From Ignavibacteriota bacterium (lineage in GTDB: Bacteria > Bacteroidota > Ignavibacteria > UBA10030): a stretch of 64,000 nt of DNA. The stretch spans positions 1,824,001 to 1,888,000 of the forward strand of contig OY969585.1 of assembly GCA_963701295.1 (NCBI GenBank), given 5' to 3'. How positions within the stretch are numbered: the first letter of the stretch is position 1; each line of letters opens with the position of its first letter. A program made the translations under genes and the position numbers. The notes under the pieces are model-generated. The model was not told the origin of the DNA and did not search any database. It was given only the letters and a program-made list of their open reading frames with translations. Shown piece after piece: positions 12,733-21,139 of the stretch.

Positions 12733-12807
12733 GCATTGATTTTACCATGAAAACTGTGGAAATTGATTAAATACATGAGTATAGAATATCTCTCATTTTC
12801 TTTTGTT

Positions 12808-12899
12808 GTATCATTATGGTACGTAATACTTAAATAAAAGTCCAGATATTTATAATTATGTTTGTTTTATTGAAGAAAAGTGAATTCTCATTATGAGTC
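12808..12899. promoter_or_regulatory. Candidate enhancer (UAS) palindromes between the divergent sigma54 promoters
   Basis: GTATCAT-T-ATGGTAC (12808-12822) and TTCTCAT-T-ATGAGTC (12885-12899) in an AT-rich spacer. Confidence 0.45.
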
Positions 12900-12970
12900 A
12901 TAAATCCCGATAAAATACATATAATGGGACAAGCTGTGACGAAATTGCCAAAAAATAAGGGAATTTGCAC

Positions 12971-12985
12971 TGGCACGCAGATTGA
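12971..12985 (+). promoter_or_regulatory. Sigma54 -24/-12 promoter for the pilin-like operon
   Basis: TGGCAC-GCAGA-TTGA about 60 nt upstream of the ATG at 13046 (-12 GA variant). Confidence 0.72.
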
Positions 12986-13045
12986 GTAATCATAGTTAGA
13001 AGAAAAATAAATAATATTTAATCACTCAATTTAAAGGATACAGCA

Positions 13046-13534
13046 ATGAAAAAGTTAATGATGGTTCTCGCGATTGGCGCAATGAGCATGTTGCTTGTGG
13101 GATCTGCTTATGCTCAGTCAACTACCACTCAAACTGTTAATCTTGTCGTTGGATCAGTTTACAAGATGACTGTATCTGGCAATCCAGGTCAGTTGAATAT
13201 CACCACAGGAACAGCTGGTACAGATGCTTTAACGCCGGTCAGTGACGCTACAACGACCTACAGTATCACCCAGAACTATGGACCTACGGTGAAGATTACT
13301 GCAGGCTTGGGTACCGCACTTGCAGCCGGATATACGTTGTCACTTACTTTGGCAAGCTCCAAAGGCACAAGCGCTGGACCCGTTAATCTTTCTACAACCG
13401 CTGCCAGCGTTGTAACTGGTATCGCAATAGGAGCTGATGCAAACAAGACGATTACTTATACATTTGCAGCAAATGCCTCTGCTGGAACATTGGCTTCGAC
13501 CAATGAGGTTGTTACACTGACATTGACTAACTAA
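13046..13534 (+). CDS. Secreted pilin-like subunit 1 (probable major subunit)
   Basis: Sec signal ending AYA|Q; Thr/Ala/Gly-rich beta strands; TQTVNLVV N-terminal strand, KITA motif, C-terminal VTLTLTN. Confidence 0.75.
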   Translation: MKKLMMVLAIGAMSMLLVGSAYAQSTTTQTVNLVVGSVYKMTVSGNPGQLNITTGTAGTDALTPVSDATTTYSITQNYGPTVKITAGLGTALAAGYTLSLTLASSKGTSAGPVNLSTTAASVVTGIAIGADANKTITYTFAANASAGTLASTNEVVTLTLTN

Positions 13535-13577
13535 AATTTAATAAATTATTATCATACCTAACTCAAAGGAGACAACA

Positions 13578-14057
13578 ATGAAAAAGTTAACGATGGTCCT
13601 CGCGATTAGTGCAATGAGCATTTTGTTTATAGGATTTGCTTATGCTCAAACAAATATCGCCACACAAACATTCAACCTTGCCGTTAATTCGATTTCTAAA
13701 ATAGTCGTATCAGGCAATCCGGGAAATTTAACGATCACGACTGCAGTACCTGGTTTCGATCCAACACCAGTTTCTGACAATTCGACAACCTATACTTTCA
13801 CACATAACGATAAGGCTAATGGTGCAAAGATTACTGCAAGCTTGGCTCCTGCCCTTGCATCCGGATATACTTTGACAATTGGTTTGGACGGCAAGACCCC
13901 AGTTGATATTTCTGCCTCTGTTCAGGATGCTGTGACAGGTATCGCAGCGGGAGCTTATACAGGAAAAGCGATTGCATATCAATTCTCGGCTTTAGCAAGT
14001 GCCGGGGTATTAGCATCGACTCCCGAGACTGTTACACTGACAGTAGTTGCCCTATAA
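13578..14057 (+). CDS. Secreted pilin-like subunit 2 (paralog of subunit 1)
   Basis: Near-identical signal peptide and RBS region to subunit 1; TQTFNLAV, SGNPG, PVSD, KITA, VTLTVV. Confidence 0.75.
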   Translation: MKKLTMVLAISAMSILFIGFAYAQTNIATQTFNLAVNSISKIVVSGNPGNLTITTAVPGFDPTPVSDNSTTYTFTHNDKANGAKITASLAPALASGYTLTIGLDGKTPVDISASVQDAVTGIAAGAYTGKAIAYQFSALASAGVLASTPETVTLTVVAL

Positions 14058-14071
14058 ATTATCCCTTTTCG

Positions 14072-14110
14072 ATTACCTCGGAGCTTTGTTGCTCCGAGGT
14101 AATTTATTTA
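14072..14110 (+). terminator. Intergenic hairpin (terminator or mRNA stabiliser)
   Basis: Perfect 13-bp stem ATTACCTCGGAGC/GCTCCGAGGTAAT with a 6-nt loop, followed by TTATTT. Confidence 0.75.
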
Positions 14111-14135
14111 ACACTATTAATTTAATGGAGCTACA

Positions 14136-14633
14136 ATGAAAAAGTTAATCGTTCTCGCCGCCTTTGTTACACTGAGTGCCTTCGCTTTTCAGAATGCGTT
14201 TTCTCAAGCTGCAAATCAGGCAAATCAGCTTGTCACGCTTGAAGTTAAAGTAGTGAATAAGATAAATATTTCTGGCCCAGTTTCATTATTGATAGATGAT
14301 GCTATTCCTGGAGGCGCTGGCCTGCAGCCTGTTTCCAATAATGCGACATCATACAATATTACACACAATGGTTCTGCAACAGGCAAGATTACAGCCAGCA
14401 TTAATTCAGGTCTGCCGGCTGGAATTACGTTACAACTTACATTAGCAAGCACTCTTGGAACAAGCGATGGAATTCAGGATATATCGAGCGCAACAACTGC
14501 TCTCAATGTTGTGGAAGGTGTTAAACAAGGTAAGGATGCAACTCAAATGATAACCTACAACTTCTCAGCGACACCGGAAGCTGGTGTATTTGCTTCAACA
14601 GTAAAGACGGTTACATTAACGGTTACAGACTAA
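14136..14633 (+). CDS. Secreted pilin-like subunit 3
   Basis: Signal AFS|Q; NQLVTLEV, KITA, ITYNFSA, VTLTVTD. Confidence 0.75.
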   Translation: MKKLIVLAAFVTLSAFAFQNAFSQAANQANQLVTLEVKVVNKINISGPVSLLIDDAIPGGAGLQPVSNNATSYNITHNGSATGKITASINSGLPAGITLQLTLASTLGTSDGIQDISSATTALNVVEGVKQGKDATQMITYNFSATPEAGVFASTVKTVTLTVTD

Positions 14634-14662
14634 TTAGTTTTTTGCAGGGAGACTAACTAACT

Positions 14663-14707
14663 CGCGGAGGCTCAGATTCCATACTTGAGCCCCCGCGGTT
14701 TTGTTTT
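14663..14707 (+). terminator. Intrinsic terminator after subunit 3
   Basis: CGCGGAGGCTCA/TGAGCCCCCGCG stem (11 of 12 pairs) then GTTTTGTTTT. Confidence 0.75.
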
Positions 14708-14738
14708 GTGTAAGGGACATGAGATGTGAGTACGGGCA

Positions 14739-15344
14739 ATGAAACCTACAAAAAATCAAATAGAAATTGGTAAGTATATGTTGTATCTGATTACGAGGAT
14801 TACTATATTTAACCGCATTGTCATGAGAACAAGAATGATATCGCGCTTCTGCAAACGAACAATTTCCTCCATAGTAATCACGTTGTTTTTGATCTTGTTG
14901 CCGAGAATCACTTTTAGCGCAACAACAGCGCAGCACACTGTTACTGTCATCGTTAATGCGATTACAATTATACAAATCAGCGTAGGGACTATCAATCTCA
15001 ATATACCAGGTGGCGTAACTGCGGTTGTAGTTGCAGGGCAAGATCAGATGACTGTCACCGATAACACCAGTAAGCTTCTTTGGGGTACCAACAGCAGTCC
15101 CAGGAAGATTACAATCATAACGAATCTTGTTACACAAAAGTTTACATTGCAAGCATTAGCCATGAGTCCAACAGTTGGCACAGCGGCGTCGGCAGCGACA
15201 CTCTCGACTACAGCTTCTGATTTTATAACAAATATTGCAAGAAGTTCAGGTAGTGCCACTGTGCAATATACCGGTATCGCTTTAGCATCAAAAGGAACCG
15301 GAACGGATTCGCACACAATCACATTTACTATTACAACGCAGTAA
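14739..15344 (+). CDS. Secreted pilin-like subunit 4 (minor); true start probably 14823 or 14835
   Basis: Hydrophobic signal then AQHTVTVIV, RKITI, QYTGIA, ITFTITTQ. Confidence 0.7.
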   Translation: MKPTKNQIEIGKYMLYLITRITIFNRIVMRTRMISRFCKRTISSIVITLFLILLPRITFSATTAQHTVTVIVNAITIIQISVGTINLNIPGGVTAVVVAGQDQMTVTDNTSKLLWGTNSSPRKITIITNLVTQKFTLQALAMSPTVGTAASAATLSTTASDFITNIARSSGSATVQYTGIALASKGTGTDSHTITFTITTQ

Positions 15345-15348
15345 GAGT

Positions 15349-15828
15349 ATGAACAGATCGCATCGTTTTAGAATATCTCATCTCCTGTATGTTTTGGGAT
15401 TTGTGTTCTTGATCGCAATGAAAGGAGTAGGACAGACAAGTATTACAATGAATGGAGGTAATCAGACCATGACAATTACTACGGGAATTGCCGGTGGTCA
15501 ATTGGTAAATGTCATCAACACGACCTGTTATCTTACATACCATGGGTCGCTCACCCATGTCAAGAAAATTACTGTCAGTACCACATGCCCAGGTCAAAGT
15601 TTCAATTTAAGTGTGGTAGGTACTGTGACTGGTGGGGGCACTGCACAGGCGGCAGTGACACTCACTACTGGAATGGCGAGCACCGATTTTGTTAGAGATA
15701 TTCCTGTGAATACGACTAATGGCAGATGCACATTGAACTATACTGCATCAGCTACATTTGCTCAAGGCAATAGTACTGACTTTGGCAACGATGTCTATAC
15801 CATCACGTACACTATCGTAACACAATAA
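15349..15828 (+). CDS. Secreted pilin-like subunit 5 (minor, lacks the N-terminal strand)
   Basis: Signal GVG|Q; KKITV, LNYTASA, ITYTIVTQ; three Cys. Confidence 0.7.
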   Translation: MNRSHRFRISHLLYVLGFVFLIAMKGVGQTSITMNGGNQTMTITTGIAGGQLVNVINTTCYLTYHGSLTHVKKITVSTTCPGQSFNLSVVGTVTGGGTAQAAVTLTTGMASTDFVRDIPVNTTNGRCTLNYTASATFAQGNSTDFGNDVYTITYTIVTQ

Positions 15829-15841
15829 ATAGGTCATCACT

Positions 15842-16666
15842 ATGAGATACCTTTCTTCTCCATATCTGCGCGGATTGTTTCTTGTTTCCATGCTTGCTTC
15901 GTGTCTCACTGCGCAAGTTTCGATCATCGGCGAACTGAGCCAGGACAAAGACGCTCTTCCGGGTGATGTGTACACAGGAACAATTGTCATTCGGAATGAT
16001 ACGAATGAACCGCAAGAGGCGAAGGTGTACCAGACCGATTACACGTTTCAATTCAATGGGACGAATAATTATGGTGAACCGGGAGTGTTTCCTCGGTCAA
16101 ATGCAAAATGGATTGCATTCAGCCCGGCATATGTTACTCTGCCGCCTCAAGGGACTATGGCTGTGAATTTTACTGTAACTGTTCCGAAAGATACAACGCA
16201 TAAGCTGATCGGTACTTATTGGAGTATGTTGATGGTGGAAGGAATTCAGAAGGGATCGGCAGAATCCTCTATTCGCCCGAAAGATGCAAAGGCGCAAATG
16301 GGCATTATGCAGACCATCCGCTATGGAATTCAAATTGCCACATCCATTGCAAAGACAGGAACAAAAAAGATTCAATTTGTCGGCCACGACGTTATTAAGA
16401 AAGAAGGCGGCAAACGCATATTGCAGATTGATATTGAGAACACAGGGGAGATTGCAATGCGGCCGGACGTTTATGTGGAACTTTTTGACGAACAAGGAAA
16501 ATCACTTGGAAAGTACCCCGGTATAAAGTACCGCATCTATCCCGGCACTTCTGTTCGCCAGTCCATTGATGTAAGCAGTGTTGCACCAGGGACCTATAAA
16601 GCATTAATAGTTGTTGATGCAGGCGGTGATGATGTATTTGGAGCACAATACGCATTGAAATTCTGA
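15842..16666 (+). CDS. Periplasmic two-Ig-domain pilus chaperone-like protein (PapD/DUF916-like)
   Basis: Signal LTA|Q; WIAFSPAYVTLPP..V.FTVTVP, GTYWSMLMVE, alternating strand GIMQTIRYGIQI, second domain IENTGE...IYPG. Confidence 0.65.
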   Translation: MRYLSSPYLRGLFLVSMLASCLTAQVSIIGELSQDKDALPGDVYTGTIVIRNDTNEPQEAKVYQTDYTFQFNGTNNYGEPGVFPRSNAKWIAFSPAYVTLPPQGTMAVNFTVTVPKDTTHKLIGTYWSMLMVEGIQKGSAESSIRPKDAKAQMGIMQTIRYGIQIATSIAKTGTKKIQFVGHDVIKKEGGKRILQIDIENTGEIAMRPDVYVELFDEQGKSLGKYPGIKYRIYPGTSVRQSIDVSSVAPGTYKALIVVDAGGDDVFGAQYALKF

Positions 16667-16675
16667 GTACCGAAA

Positions 16676-19600
16676 TTGAAAACATTGTTGACACATTATC
16701 CGGTTCGGCTTAACCGGATTTTTTTTATCTGCTTGCTTGCAGCTTTGCCATTGTTGTACGGATTTGCCCGCCAGCAAGAAAGCAAAGTAGTTTGTGATGC
16801 AGTTCAATCGCAAATCGAGGCAAAGCCTGGGACAATTGCTGCTGCATCAATCAAGGTAACGAATTTAACTTCTGAACAGCAGGCATACGATGCTGTGATC
16901 GATCTTCCTGCAGGATGGAGACCGGTTATTCGAGAATTTCCATTCGAAATCAAAGCGGGAGATGCAGATGTTCGTCTCATAACATTTTCCATCCCTTCTG
17001 ACGCTCCTGCAAATCGTTATGAAGTTCGTTATTCTGTTCGGGACCATGCTTCACCTGTCCATGAAGCTATTGTGTCCGTAGAAGTTGTTGTTGTTCGTGT
17101 CGTTCAATTAGATCTTGCACTTCTTCAGGCGCCTCGATTCGTTATTGCCGGGACTACGTTTACAACAGCGGTTCTCGTTACGAACCAAGGAAATTCAGCG
17201 AGTTCTGTGCAGATCAGCTATAGGAGCTCGAATGACTTCCCGGTCCGATTAGACTCGACAATAATCAATTTAGCTCCAAAGGAGACCAGACGAGTACAGT
17301 TTTTCGTTACATCTGATGAAAAATCAGGGAAAGTGAACCATACACTTGAAGTCGAAGCGAAGTCAGGGCAAGATACAACAATCAGGGTTAAAATTTCGAG
17401 CGTAGTAGAAGTCATTCCGCGCATGACAAAAGTTGAAGAAGAATATCTCCTGTATCCTGTTTCTCTCAGGGTGCGAGAAGTTGGTCAAGACGGAAAGTTC
17501 TCCCCGCAAGGAGAAGTCTATGGGTATGGAAGTTTGAACGAGAATAGAACGGATCGGCTTGAGTTTCTTTTCCGGGCGCCGGAAACACAAACAGTCTCAA
17601 CATTGGGACAAAGGGATGAATACCGAATCTCGTATCGAAGAGACAGTCTTGAATTATATGCGGGAGATCAAAATTATACACTTTCGACATTGACAGAATT
17701 AGGGCGCTATGCTTCAGGTATCGGGGGGAGGATAACAAGTGGTGCGATATCAGCCGGTGGATTCTATAATTCAACAAGGTGGACAATATCAAAACAAAAG
17801 GAAGCCGGCGGATTCCTCGATTATGATGTTATGAAAGGCGCTACTCTTGGCGTGAATTATCTCAGCAAGCGAGAACAATTTTCCAGCGATATAATGAGTG
17901 TGCAAGGCCTCTTTAAGCCGTTAACCGGCACAATCCTTAATCTTGAATATGGTACCGGTGTAAAAGACGATAAACACGATGATGCTTTTGCGGCCCTGCT
18001 GCAAGGCAACCAACGATGGATTGCGTACGATCTACGTTTTGTTCAAGCGGGGCCAGATTTTGGAGGCTATTACCAGGACATTGATTTTTTCTCGTCGAGC
18101 ATTAATCTTCAACCTATGCGAAACGTGCGTATTGAGACTTATATCAGGCTGGAAAATAGAAATCTCGCACGCGATACGAATCAGACTGATGTACCGCATG
18201 ATGCCTCTTATCAAGTCGGTGTTGGATACTTGGATTATTTCTCAATTTACTATCTGAACAACAGTCAGCAAGATCAATCTGATAGTTCAAAGTACCGAAC
18301 ACGGGAAGACGCGATTCAAGCCAGAGTTGGGTACAACTTCTCTGTTGCAAATGTCTATGCAAATATGGATTACGGAACAACGCGAGATGAACTTCTAATA
18401 AAAAAATCACCTTACAAGCGCTTAGCTCTTTCTGCGAGTTTCAATCCAATTGCGAAACAGAGCTATAGTACTTCATTTGAGTATACCACCTCTAGGGATC
18501 CCAACACAGGGGAGGATCAGGAACGTTTATCAGCGAACCTGAGCGCATGGATTCTCTTTGGCCAATCGACCCAAGCACAATTAAATATATACGGAAGCCG
18601 TATCATTGCATCGATACCGCAAACATACAGTATGTTCGAAGCATCCATCGAGCATGTGTTTCCATTCAACCATAAGATCACACTGCATGCGCGTATCACC
18701 AACATCACACCGTCTATTACTAACAGAGAAGCCGCTTATACTTTCGAATATGCTATTCCGATAGGAATTCCCATCAAACGGATTACAGCGGTTGGGCAGC
18801 TCCGCGGCACCATCATAGATGAAAATGGAAGAGGTATTGCGAACGTACTGATCAATATTGGTGATGCAGCGGCTTTATCCGATAGGCACGGCGGATTCTT
18901 TTTCGCATCACTGAAGCCTGGTTCTGTATTTCTCACAGTGGATAAGGCAAGCATTGGATTTGATCGAATAACAACTCAACCTATGCCGATGGAAGTGCTC
19001 GTTCGCGGGGGCGAAGAAACGAATCTGATACTTCGGGTTACTAGAAGCGTGGCAATTGCAGGCGATGTACTTCTGTTTAGCGCAAAGGAGCAAGGATTTT
19101 TAGATACATCCAATGCTCTTACTGAAATGGGTGGAAAGTCAGGTGTCTTTCTCGAACTTTCTAACGGCGCTGAAATGAATCGGAGGGTAAGTGACAATAA
19201 GGGAAGGTTTCTTTTTGCAGATTTGTGCCCTGGACAATGGGTACTTAAAGTGATTGGCGGCGACATACCCGAATACTATACTATTTATCCAGATTCAATG
19301 AGGATTGAGTTGTTACCCGGTGAAAGAAAAGATGTTACTTTTCAGCTTCGGCCTCGCAAACGCACGATTAAGATGTTGCAGGGAGATTCGTCGATACTAG
19401 AAACACCTCCTGTAATTGAAAGGAAAGACACGCTTTCTTCACTCATGAACGCTCCGAAGGTGTGTATGGTTACGTATAATGAGATGAGAAAAGGTTACGT
19501 TCTTCAAATCTCTTCGTGGCTCACATGGAAGAAAGCAAATCGAGTAGCGAAAAGAGCAGATAAGATTGTTGGGCTTAAGACGTTCAAAGAAACTGCCAAT

Positions 19601-19699
19601 ATACCATCTCTAGGACGGCGATACCGAGTGTTCATCGGTATTTTCAAAACCAGAGAAGATGCTGTTGTCTTTTGTTACCAGTTCGATTTCAATTTGTAG
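16676..19699 (+). CDS. Usher-like outer-membrane protein: N-terminal Ig-like (NEW3-type) domains, beta-barrel, two carboxypeptidase-regulatory-like domains, C-terminal SPOR domain
   Basis: LPAGW and VTNQGN Ig motifs; about 400 aa of amphipathic aromatic-ending strands; SDRHGGFFFASLKPG and SDNKGRFLFADLCPG; GYVLQISSW...YRVFIGIFKTREDA. Confidence 0.65.
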   Translation: MKTLLTHYPVRLNRIFFICLLAALPLLYGFARQQESKVVCDAVQSQIEAKPGTIAAASIKVTNLTSEQQAYDAVIDLPAGWRPVIREFPFEIKAGDADVRLITFSIPSDAPANRYEVRYSVRDHASPVHEAIVSVEVVVVRVVQLDLALLQAPRFVIAGTTFTTAVLVTNQGNSASSVQISYRSSNDFPVRLDSTIINLAPKETRRVQFFVTSDEKSGKVNHTLEVEAKSGQDTTIRVKISSVVEVIPRMTKVEEEYLLYPVSLRVREVGQDGKFSPQGEVYGYGSLNENRTDRLEFLFRAPETQTVSTLGQRDEYRISYRRDSLELYAGDQNYTLSTLTELGRYASGIGGRITSGAISAGGFYNSTRWTISKQKEAGGFLDYDVMKGATLGVNYLSKREQFSSDIMSVQGLFKPLTGTILNLEYGTGVKDDKHDDAFAALLQGNQRWIAYDLRFVQAGPDFGGYYQDIDFFSSSINLQPMRNVRIETYIRLENRNLARDTNQTDVPHDASYQVGVGYLDYFSIYYLNNSQQDQSDSSKYRTREDAIQARVGYNFSVANVYANMDYGTTRDELLIKKSPYKRLALSASFNPIAKQSYSTSFEYTTSRDPNTGEDQERLSANLSAWILFGQSTQAQLNIYGSRIIASIPQTYSMFEASIEHVFPFNHKITLHARITNITPSITNREAAYTFEYAIPIGIPIKRITAVGQLRGTIIDENGRGIANVLINIGDAAALSDRHGGFFFASLKPGSVFLTVDKASIGFDRITTQPMPMEVLVRGGEETNLILRVTRSVAIAGDVLLFSAKEQGFLDTSNALTEMGGKSGVFLELSNGAEMNRRVSDNKGRFLFADLCPGQWVLKVIGGDIPEYYTIYPDSMRIELLPGERKDVTFQLRPRKRTIKMLQGDSSILETPPVIERKDTLSSLMNAPKVCMVTYNEMRKGYVLQISSWLTWKKANRVAKRADKIVGLKTFKETANIPSLGRRYRVFIGIFKTREDAVVFCYQFDFNL

Positions 19700-19875
19700 C
19701 ACCACCCTGTCACAGTTTTTATTCTACTATCTCTTTAGTCTGTAGCACCAACATTGTAGAAAATTCAGTTTCCTCAAATTGATGCAGCACTGCTCTAAGC
19801 TTTTGTTTCTTTGTTAATTCCTTCCTTTTCGACGAATTAGCCGGTTTATTCAATATCTATATTGCCTAATGTGCT

Positions 19876-19890
19876 TGGCACCTAAATTGA
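19876..19890 (+). promoter_or_regulatory. Second plus-strand sigma54 promoter
   Basis: TGGCAC-CTAAA-TTGA, same pattern as 12971. Confidence 0.68.
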
Positions 19891-19909
19891 AGGATTGAGG
19901 TAAGAGACT

Positions 19910-20482
19910 ATGAAAAACCGACAATTACATATGAACACAACTTACAGCTTGATAAACAAGAGTCTTTTTGCGTATCATCGTATATCCACTTTTGTGAAAA
20001 CCATTTCTATCATAGTTATAATGATAGTCGTTGCCAGCGCTGGTCTAATGGCGCAAGGTCGTGGCAACAGTGCGACTCAATCGGTTACATTGGAAGTGAA
20101 GCCAATCGCTAAAATATCTGTTGCGGGCTACTTGACGCCTCTTATTATCAATGATGCTCTTCCCGGATCTGGCCTCGCATCTGTGAGCGATGAGAATACT
20201 AAATACAGTCTCGTAACAAATATTGATAATATGAAAATTGTCGCATCCATTAACGACAGGATGCCCACCGGGACGAAGTTGATGATCAAATTAACGAGTA
20301 GTAAAGCGGCGAGTGCTGGACTCGTTGATTTATCCAACGCGTTAACTCCGGTGGATGTTGTCAGAGGCATCAAAAAAGGAAGCGATGTGGGTCAATCTAT
20401 TAGCTATACCTTTGCAGCAAATGCCGAGGTTGATGATATTCCGTCACAATCAAGAACGATTACACTAACGCTTACGAATTGA
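19910..20482 (+). CDS. Secreted pilin-like subunit 6; start may be 19931
   Basis: Signal LMA|Q; ATQSVTLEV, VSD, KIVAS, ISYTFAANA, ITLTLTN; clear paralog of subunits 1 and 3. Confidence 0.75.
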   Translation: MKNRQLHMNTTYSLINKSLFAYHRISTFVKTISIIVIMIVVASAGLMAQGRGNSATQSVTLEVKPIAKISVAGYLTPLIINDALPGSGLASVSDENTKYSLVTNIDNMKIVASINDRMPTGTKLMIKLTSSKAASAGLVDLSNALTPVDVVRGIKKGSDVGQSISYTFAANAEVDDIPSQSRTITLTLTN

Positions 20483-20491
20483 TTCGAAGTC

Positions 20492-20860
20492 ATGAAAAAA
20501 AATTCTTCCATAGGTTTGCTGTTCATTCTTATTCTTTTTGTGAGTTCGCAGGCGAATTCGCAAATGAAAAACTCGGCAACGCAGACGATAGTGTTTGCAG
20601 TTAACCATTCAGCAAAACCTGCTCTGAAAGTCCTTGCAAACTCTCCAAATTTAAACCTGTCTTCGAACTCCTCTGGAACGGCCGCGTTTCGGAATTCATT
20701 GGAAAAAATGACTGTGAAAGTGACGATTGCTGAAACTTCAACCAGCACAGCAGTATCGAAGAATACTTCAGATATTCATATGGATATAAAATCTATCCTT
20801 CAAGCAAGAAATTCAATCATGTTTGATGAAATTCCAACGATAGTAACAATTACCGAATAA
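20492..20860 (+). CDS. Shortened secreted pilin-like protein 7
   Basis: Signal ANS|Q; NSATQTIVFAV, VKVTI, C-terminal IVTITE; about 40 aa shorter than its paralogs. Confidence 0.55.
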   Translation: MKKNSSIGLLFILILFVSSQANSQMKNSATQTIVFAVNHSAKPALKVLANSPNLNLSSNSSGTAAFRNSLEKMTVKVTIAETSTSTAVSKNTSDIHMDIKSILQARNSIMFDEIPTIVTITE

Positions 20861-21139
20861 TCTTTTCTCATCTCACTTATACCTTCATTCTCTTCATCGA
20901 AGAAGCTTTTAAGAAGATTTCTAGATATTCAAGAAGATCCTTTTCAAGGAAATGAATAGTTGGACGTTCTTGAATATCCAAATGCTCATCATCTACGGGA
21001 GCAAGAGATCACCGCATGGCACTGTTATAAAAGATGGTTTAAATCGGAGGGGAACTATACACGGATCTACAATAGTAAAACTTGACTTTTATAAGTCAGA
21101 CGGTGTTTTAAAACGTTGATTAAAATACACTGGGAGAGT

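Noticed and set aside
13046-15828. Type IV, type V, curli or WxL identity for the small secreted proteins
   Set aside because: No class III G|FxxxE signal, no lipobox Cys, no Gln/Asn curlin repeats, no WxL motifs
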